From NCBI GenBank assembly GCA_963751275.1, contig CAVVTZ010000007.1, positions 608,001 to 672,000 of the forward strand: DNA of 64,000 nucleotides, in the 5' to 3' direction. The translations under genes were made by a program, and so were the position numbers. Within the stretch, counting starts at the first letter, position 1, and the number at the start of each line of letters is the position of its first letter. This document shows, piece by piece, positions 63,380 to 64,000 of this stretch. The notes under the pieces are model-generated. The model did not search any database. It saw nothing but the letters and a program-made list of their open reading frames with translations, and was not told the DNA's origin. The stretch is from an uncultured Gemmatimonadaceae bacterium (lineage in GTDB: Bacteria; Gemmatimonadota; Gemmatimonadetes; Gemmatimonadales; Gemmatimonadaceae).

Positions 63380-64000
63380 CTACTGATCCACCCACGTCAC
63401 CTTGAGGCCGCCGAGCGACACGCTGCCGGTGATCAGCACCTTCCGGGTGGCGGTCGCGTAGTTCGGGCTTGTGTATTCACCGTCCTTCTCGGTGAAGCCT
63501 GCCGCATTGATGCCGCCCAAGTGCGTGAGCGCGGTGATCTTCACGCCGGCGTCGCGCGGCACGCGCACCTGCAGCCCGCCCACGGCCACGGTCACGTCCA
63601 GCGTCATGTCGCCGGTCCAGTCGCCGAGCAGATTCACGTCGCCGCCGCCGAGGGTCGCGCTCATCTTCACGGTCTTCGCGCGCGCGTTGCCCAGCTCCTT
63701 CACGCCGATCCCGCTCATCATCGCGTCGATGCGCAGCTCGTTCATCGGGCGCTGGTTCGCGGTGCTGAAGGTGATCATCGCGTCGCCCATGGTGGTCTCG
63801 ATGCGGGCGTTCGCGATCCACAGGTTGCCCAGGTCGAGCACGCTCGCGCCGATGCCGGTCTTCACGTTGAGATCGATCGGGATCCCGCGCGCGACGCCGA
63901 GGTTCATCTCGGCGATCTTCTCCTCGTCCTTCACGGCCTTCGCGTTGTCGCCGCCGAAGAGATGCGGACGCAGGGAGAAACGTTCGGCGGTAGCGCTGTC
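63380..64000 (-). CDS. Hypothetical beta-solenoid protein (LiaF/DUF2154-like), 5'-truncated by window edge
   Basis: Repeated beta strands; LQVRVPRDAGV; YTSPNY; frame is open to the window end. Confidence 0.6.
   Translation of the reverse strand, partial: DSATAERFSLRPHLFGGDNAKAVKDEEKIAEMNLGVARGIPIDLNVKTGIGASVLDLGNLWIANARIETTMGDAMITFSTANQRPMNELRIDAMMSGIGVKELGNARAKTVKMSATLGGGDVNLLGDWTGDMTLDVTVAVGGLQVRVPRDAGVKITALTHLGGINAAGFTEKDGEYTSPNYATATRKVLITGSVSLGGLKVTWVDQ

Overview
High-GC bacterial chromosomal window. Gene content and style suggest Gemmatimonadota, but this is an inference. It is mostly housekeeping: dut, the F0+delta part of the atp operon, two M1 peptidases, cstA, an isocitrate/isopropylmalate dehydrogenase, acyl-CoA dehydrogenase-etfBA, type IV minor pilins, a FadF-like Fe-S oxidoreductase, Moco genes, gpmI, guaB, nrnA, mrp and a MATE pump. 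At least 15 genes carry single-base frameshifts, including housekeeping ones (atpH, gpmI, guaB). This is best explained by long-read indel error, so I report them as CDS rather than pseudogenes. No rRNA, tRNA, CRISPR array, integrase or transposase was seen. The most notable observations are: (1) a c-di-GMP-I (GEMM) riboswitch at ~50254-50347 whose P1 stem covers the Shine-Dalgarno of an M15 peptidase, at the end of an SH3 / catalytically dead LD-transpeptidase / active LD-transpeptidase cell-wall cluster; (2) a chimeric junction at 7531-7658 made of diverged copies of the 3' ends of both flanking genes (moxR and ridA), bracketing two paralogous lipoprotein genes; (3) a BTAD-STAND ATPase whose C-terminal half, and the neighbouring HD-GYP gene, have distinctly lower GC; (4) three tandem paralogous membrane proteins of an unrecognised family; (5) a set of long intergenic palindromes built from 7- or 9-bp repeats; (6) a minor-pilin cassette with a sigma54-type promoter sitting between etfA and fadF.
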